Positions 17,001 through 20,000 of a stretch of 20,000 bases of DNA are shown here, one piece after another (the first letter of the stretch is position 1; each line of letters begins with the position of its first letter). Source of the stretch: an uncultured virus (IMG/VR IMGVR_UViG_3300044633_000491) (lineage: Duplodnaviria; Heunggongvirae; Uroviricota; Caudoviricetes); the IMG/VR virus record IMGVR_UViG_3300044633_000491, positions 55,869 to 75,868 of that record, one strand, 5' to 3'. The translations under genes were made by a program, and so were the position numbers. Below the pieces are notes generated by a model. The model did no database searches and was not told the origin of the DNA. It saw only the letters and a list, made by a program, of their open reading frames with translations.

Positions 17001-17127
17001 AACCCAGTTAAAAAATGCATTCAACTGGGTTTGGCTACGAGAGTATTTCAGCAGTTTATATAAAGATACTAACGAACCAGATCTAAACGATCTACTACAG
17101 CGTCAACAACTTTGGCAACAGCAATAG
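14068..17127 (+). CDS. Large modular protein with five ~65-aa repeats and about four degenerate GT-A-like modules; putative glycosyltransferase/scaffold
   Basis: 1019 aa. Repeats have the form (F)DYSWxPxPxxPPYIYxFGNQW. Modules have the form D(I/V)F(F/Y)...A....T..(F/Y)W....FDFxF/W. Confidence 0.65.
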   Translation: MFDVFYTGPKPGLFPFELPADTLAEAASLSRTKFFWFVDGQNDYTRFDFNFRAVPWEEHQIHTWPNQWQVDGGTYFANKYTIQDRIHNFHTETYTHRLPNLDYWHIPNNVDLDSVDYRWCPDTKEPPYIYVFGNQWNSAVLEPTAIYSILGATEYKYMEEMPVRVLSMMDQWTLLDDILDFDYSWRPNPKEPPYIYIFGNQWLTPEQRPALKYTVLGATEIKYMEYPKANRVSKPELFITHYACEFDYSWEPDPGSPPYNYIFGNQHWPAEIMPTVEYHMAGATEDKFMDEPRAQLTATSENWQTLINCEFDYSWCPDPGDPPYIYVFGNQWYAGTEMPTVEYHVFGATERKFLDEPRARLFPIMERWTVPEEVDATNIDFSWVPHPKDAPYIHHFGSEFQMSVGLLYTVPSATEPKFEGEIPLIKIEKKQLQVLDIFFIDKSNVSSAARYEKLVEQYPHAQRVRYVNSMIDTIRRCIARAKSGKFWVISSENVYDNFNFAWHAQPWQSYMTHVFGSQHQKWSDTYLINRWEFERTVTWANSLEEFPNLNFVQDQSIIIPDDLHDIYYVDHNNHDNGGLNSIQTRFNKVKVTRYVSDYLNTFKRIMSTATTEYVWIISSLCDYSRFDFSWQPEPWQREMIHVFPSADQPRGDTFYIHVESFKKQMDKLELLDWFDVINYCEEQRVPRLPIPCITYKGDNLVDVIKQHEFEHPYTWFVPYFSDILYNPSIWSLKDKKIMSFSPNNGYILAPREAKNYINTQVYDYPYISKNSKISSLNQDIIFISYDEPNADANWQILSSKYPQARRLHGVEGIEIAKLKAAEMSSTDWYYAVFAKTELHPDFDFSFSPDLFQEPKHYIFHAENPLNGLCYGHMGVVLYNCGVVKATTKFGIDYTMSAPHAVIPITSAIARFNSDPYQTWRTAFREASKLAQFCDETDNVENSYRLNIWTSKAEGPYSEWCLQGARDGVMFYHANKEDKTQLKNAFNWVWLREYFSSLYKDTNEPDLNDLLQRQQLWQQQ
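14410..15330 (+). repeat. Five tandem in-frame coding repeats, 195-204 bp period
   Basis: Repeat cores start at 14410, 14608, 14803, 14998 and 15202 (xDY/FxWxP...PY...FG...Y...GATE.K). Confidence 0.85.
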
Positions 17128-17962
17128 CATTATCTACATCACTTTTAGGAGTTTTTCTGGTAGTAACGCAATCAATAAAATGTTCTAATTCTAATTGCAG
17201 TGGGCTTTTATTTAGATCTGGTATATAACTTTCGTCTAATTTAAGTTCAGTAAGTTTACAGTCAATGACAGTGCCTTGATATAGATCTACACAATTAGCT
17301 ACATCATCCCATACAATACTACCTTGTTCGCCAATAATAGTGATCTTACGAATCTTTTCTGGCCAATACCAGCTGCCGGTAATGCGCACTGTGGCATCTC
17401 CAGCAATCATATTGAAGTTTACATAATCTGGTTGCTGATTGTTGGTAAATCTGGCGGCATCTACGTCAGCAACCAAAATATTTTCGCCTAATAGTTCTAA
17501 CATAATGCTAACGTCATGTGTAAGTAAAGTATGCATTGGTGTAGTTTTGGTTTGATAGATACCCCAATTAAGTCGTTGACTGTCTACATGTTTAATTTTA
17601 CCAATACGATAAATATTTTTTTTAATCCACTTTATAGCGGGGTGATATAAGAATATATGGCCAACCATTAATATTCTATCCCCTTGTAAACCTTTAAACA
17701 ATTGGCAACAATGTTCTGTTTCTGCTAATGGTTTTTCAATGTAACAATCAAAACCTCGTGTTAATAATTTAGCACCTGTGTTAAAGTGATCCCATACGGG
17801 TGTGGCTACTATCGCAGTCTTGATATTGGAGTCAATATCATCAATATTCTGTTTATTTTTAATATCGATGATTTGAAATTTACCCACTGCAGGATTATTT
17901 TCTAAACTGCTAATGATCTTGTTACCCCAATAACCACCGCCAATTAATGCTATATTAATCAT
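17069..17962 (-). CDS. Gfo/Idh/MocA family NAD(P)-dependent oxidoreductase
   Basis: IALIGGGYWG Rossmann motif, VATP..DH, IEKPLA, MVGHIFLYHP and THD. Confidence 0.9.
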   Translation of the reverse strand: MINIALIGGGYWGNKIISSLENNPAVGKFQIIDIKNKQNIDDIDSNIKTAIVATPVWDHFNTGAKLLTRGFDCYIEKPLAETEHCCQLFKGLQGDRILMVGHIFLYHPAIKWIKKNIYRIGKIKHVDSQRLNWGIYQTKTTPMHTLLTHDVSIMLELLGENILVADVDAARFTNNQQPDYVNFNMIAGDATVRITGSWYWPEKIRKITIIGEQGSIVWDDVANCVDLYQGTVIDCKLTELKLDESYIPDLNKSPLQLELEHFIDCVTTRKTPKSDVDNAIAVAKVVDAVVDRLDLVR

Positions 17963-19043
17963 TTTGTACCCACGCTTTAACTAAGTTAATAATATAATCT
18001 TGTTGTTCGATAGTCAAGGTATGATAACAAGGTAAACTGACAATTCTACGACACATAGCTGATACTTTAGGTGTGGGCTCTGTTATGTATTTTTGGAATA
18101 TTGGCTGTTCATTTAGACTTTCTAAGTAGTGTACATTACAAGTAACTCCTTTGGCCTTCATGTATTCAATAAATTCATCTCTACGGGGAATTTCTATTAC
18201 ATAAACATAATAGGTATGATAACACCAATCATATTCTTTAGGTGTTACTACATAGTCTTTTAGCTGTTCAGTATAACGATGACAGATACTACGTTTGCTA
18301 TCTAACCAACGATCTAAGTGTGGAAGTTTAGCCTGTACAACTGCGGCCTGCAGATTATCAATACGTGCGTTAATACCGCGTACTTCAAACGTCCATTTGT
18401 TTTGACGTCCATGATTGTTATACATTCTGCATTTAGCAATTAATTCTCGACTGCCTGTAATAGCACCAGCATCACCCATAGCACCTAAGTTTTTAACAGG
18501 ATTAAAACTAAAACAGGTCAAATCTACTAAACTACCTACTTGTTTGCCTTTGTACCTAGTACGTACACTATGAGCGGCATCTTCAATTAACCATAGATCA
18601 TATTTGTCAGCTATCTCACGTAAGCGATCAATATCTGGTGTGTGGCCATACATGTCTACAAATAGAATAGCTTTGGTCTTATCGGTGATTCTGCGCTCAA
18701 TTTGATCTACATCAATTTGGTGATTATCATCTATATCAACAAACACAGGATTAGCACCCTGCCAAATAATTGCTTCGCTGGTACTGATAAATGTGTGTGG
18801 AGTTGTAATAACTTCGTCACCTTGTGTAATACCTATCGTCATTAACGCACACATAAGAGCAGTAGTTCCACTGCCAGTAGCACAGCAATCTTCTGCTTCT
18901 ACAAAGTCAGCAAACGCTCGTTCAAATTCTGTGGTAATACTACCTGCAATAAAACCACTACTGTCGATCACTCGACGGATAGCTTGATCTATTTCAGTTT
19001 TAATTTCTAAATTTTGTTTTGTTAAATCGGTAAAAGGTATCAT
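17955..19043 (-). CDS. DegT/DnrJ/EryC1/StrS family PLP-dependent sugar aminotransferase
   Basis: MIPFTDL start, SGTTAL, GDEVIT..HTFIST, IEDAAHS and FSFNPVKNLGAMGDAG (PLP lysine). The start at 19043 overlaps the upstream stop as TAATG. Confidence 0.93.
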   Translation of the reverse strand: MIPFTDLTKQNLEIKTEIDQAIRRVIDSSGFIAGSITTEFERAFADFVEAEDCCATGSGTTALMCALMTIGITQGDEVITTPHTFISTSEAIIWQGANPVFVDIDDNHQIDVDQIERRITDKTKAILFVDMYGHTPDIDRLREIADKYDLWLIEDAAHSVRTRYKGKQVGSLVDLTCFSFNPVKNLGAMGDAGAITGSRELIAKCRMYNNHGRQNKWTFEVRGINARIDNLQAAVVQAKLPHLDRWLDSKRSICHRYTEQLKDYVVTPKEYDWCYHTYYVYVIEIPRRDEFIEYMKAKGVTCNVHYLESLNEQPIFQKYITEPTPKVSAMCRRIVSLPCYHTLTIEQQDYIINLVKAWVQND

Positions 19044-20000
19044 TAATTTCCCTTCCATAATATGGGATTTTTTAAATACCAATTATAGTATCGATAAAAT
19101 CCTTCTTCTACATCTACTGTGGGTGTATAGCCTAATTCTTGTTGAGCACAACTAATATCCAATCGACCTCGTTTAGGAAAACTTAAGTCACGTGGTGCTA
19201 TTTCTAACTGCCCTTGACCTGCAATTTTAACCGCAAGTTCGGCAGCATCTTTCAAAGTCCATTGGCGTTTTTCTGAACGTGTAATGTTATAGATATTACC
19301 GTTGGCTACGTCTTTAGTTGCTGCAAGCACAATACCCATAGCAGTATCTTCTACATAGGTGAAGTCTAATACTTCATCTGGACCATTTACCTTAAGTGTT
19401 TCGCCACGCATGGCTTTGGTCATAAACTTACTGACCACACGATCCTCGACGTCCCATTCACCGTATACAGCACTTGGACGAATAATCACATGTTCAAACC
19501 AACCACGGCGACTATAATCTTCTACAAGTTTCTCACCCATATACTTCATAATGCCGTATTGTCCGATTGGCTTGCAGACTGCATCTTCAGAAACATCAGC
19601 AGTGAAATCACCGTAGACCATGCTTGAACTAATGTAGACGAACTTCTTAACACTGTGCTTTTTACATGACTCTAATAGGTTAATTAATCCGGTTGACATA
19701 ACTTCGCTGGCTGTGGCTGGATCTTGCTCTACTACTTTTTGGCGCGGATAGCTGGCCATATGTATAACTACATCAACTTCGCTAACACCAATCGTAGTGT
19801 CTAACTTATGTTGATTGCGTATATCTACTGGATATACTTCTGAAGCAAAACGTCGACTGCGATGCTGGCTTAAGTAGTTGATTTCTGATTGCGGAATAAA
19901 ACCGTAGCCAGTATTAGTATCTACTACCACGCATTCGTGTCCTTGTGATTCTAAAATGCGTGTGACATTGTGTCCAATAAATCCAGCACCACCTGTGATT
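19043..20000 (-). CDS. NAD-dependent nucleotide-sugar epimerase/dehydratase (extended SDR), 5' end beyond the window
   Basis: The frame stays open past 19930 to the window edge and reads ITGGAGFIGHNV (GxxGxxG). Also SSSMVYG, YGIMK (YxxxK), RPSAVYG and DFTYVED. Confidence 0.93.
   Translation of the reverse strand, partial: ITGGAGFIGHNVTRILESQGHECVVVDTNTGYGFIPQSEINYLSQHRSRRFASEVYPVDIRNQHKLDTTIGVSEVDVVIHMASYPRQKVVEQDPATASEVMSTGLINLLESCKKHSVKKFVYISSSMVYGDFTADVSEDAVCKPIGQYGIMKYMGEKLVEDYSRRGWFEHVIIRPSAVYGEWDVEDRVVSKFMTKAMRGETLKVNGPDEVLDFTYVEDTAMGIVLAATKDVANGNIYNITRSEKRQWTLKDAAELAVKIAGQGQLEIAPRDLSFPKRGRLDISCAQQELGYTPTVDVEEGFYRYYNWYLKNPILWKGN

Noticed and set aside
2988..18987. Many 60-100-aa alternative-frame and antisense ORFs in the track (e.g. 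2988..3200, 4071..4352, 8277..8582, 12296..12574, 18793..18987)
   Set aside because: They lie within long motif-bearing genes and show no recognisable motifs. Treated as shadow ORFs.
19044..19082. Track start of the aminotransferase at 19082
   Set aside because: MIPFTDL at 19043 matches the family start and gives a TAATG stop/start overlap.
19928..19930. Track start of the epimerase at 19930
   Set aside because: The frame continues upstream through the GGAGFIG Rossmann motif to the window edge, so the true start is outside the window.
1..20000. tRNA, rRNA or intrinsic terminators
   Set aside because: No cloverleaf or GC-rich stem followed by a U-tract was seen in the few intergenic gaps. 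The 11714-11744 hairpin lacks a U-tract and a tRNA fold.

Overview
AT-rich, very gene-dense window of overlapping, translationally coupled genes. It looks like an accessory sugar/glycan-tailoring island of a large bacteriophage. That origin is an inference: there is no virion or replication hallmark gene in the window. The + strand (1-17127) carries two GT10/fucosyltransferase-motif-like proteins and a sigma70-type promoter, then four N-terminal Twitch/SPASM radical SAM genes (five rSAM domains, one gene being a double fusion). These are followed by an unknown protein, two SGNH-like proteins flanking a 33-aa peptide gene absent from the ORF track, a NodU/CmcH/TobZ-family carbamoyltransferase, a short APS-kinase-like protein, a dCMP deaminase and a 1019-aa repeat/GT-A-like protein. 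The - strand (17069-20000) carries a convergent NDP-amino-sugar module: epimerase/dehydratase, DegT aminotransferase and Gfo/Idh/MocA oxidoreductase. At 11503-11774 an antisense ~270-bp insert separates a decayed copy of the carbamoyltransferase start from the real one. It contains a late-promoter-like motif, a nested hairpin, a strong RBS and a 57-aa ORF resembling an internally deleted homing endonuclease.
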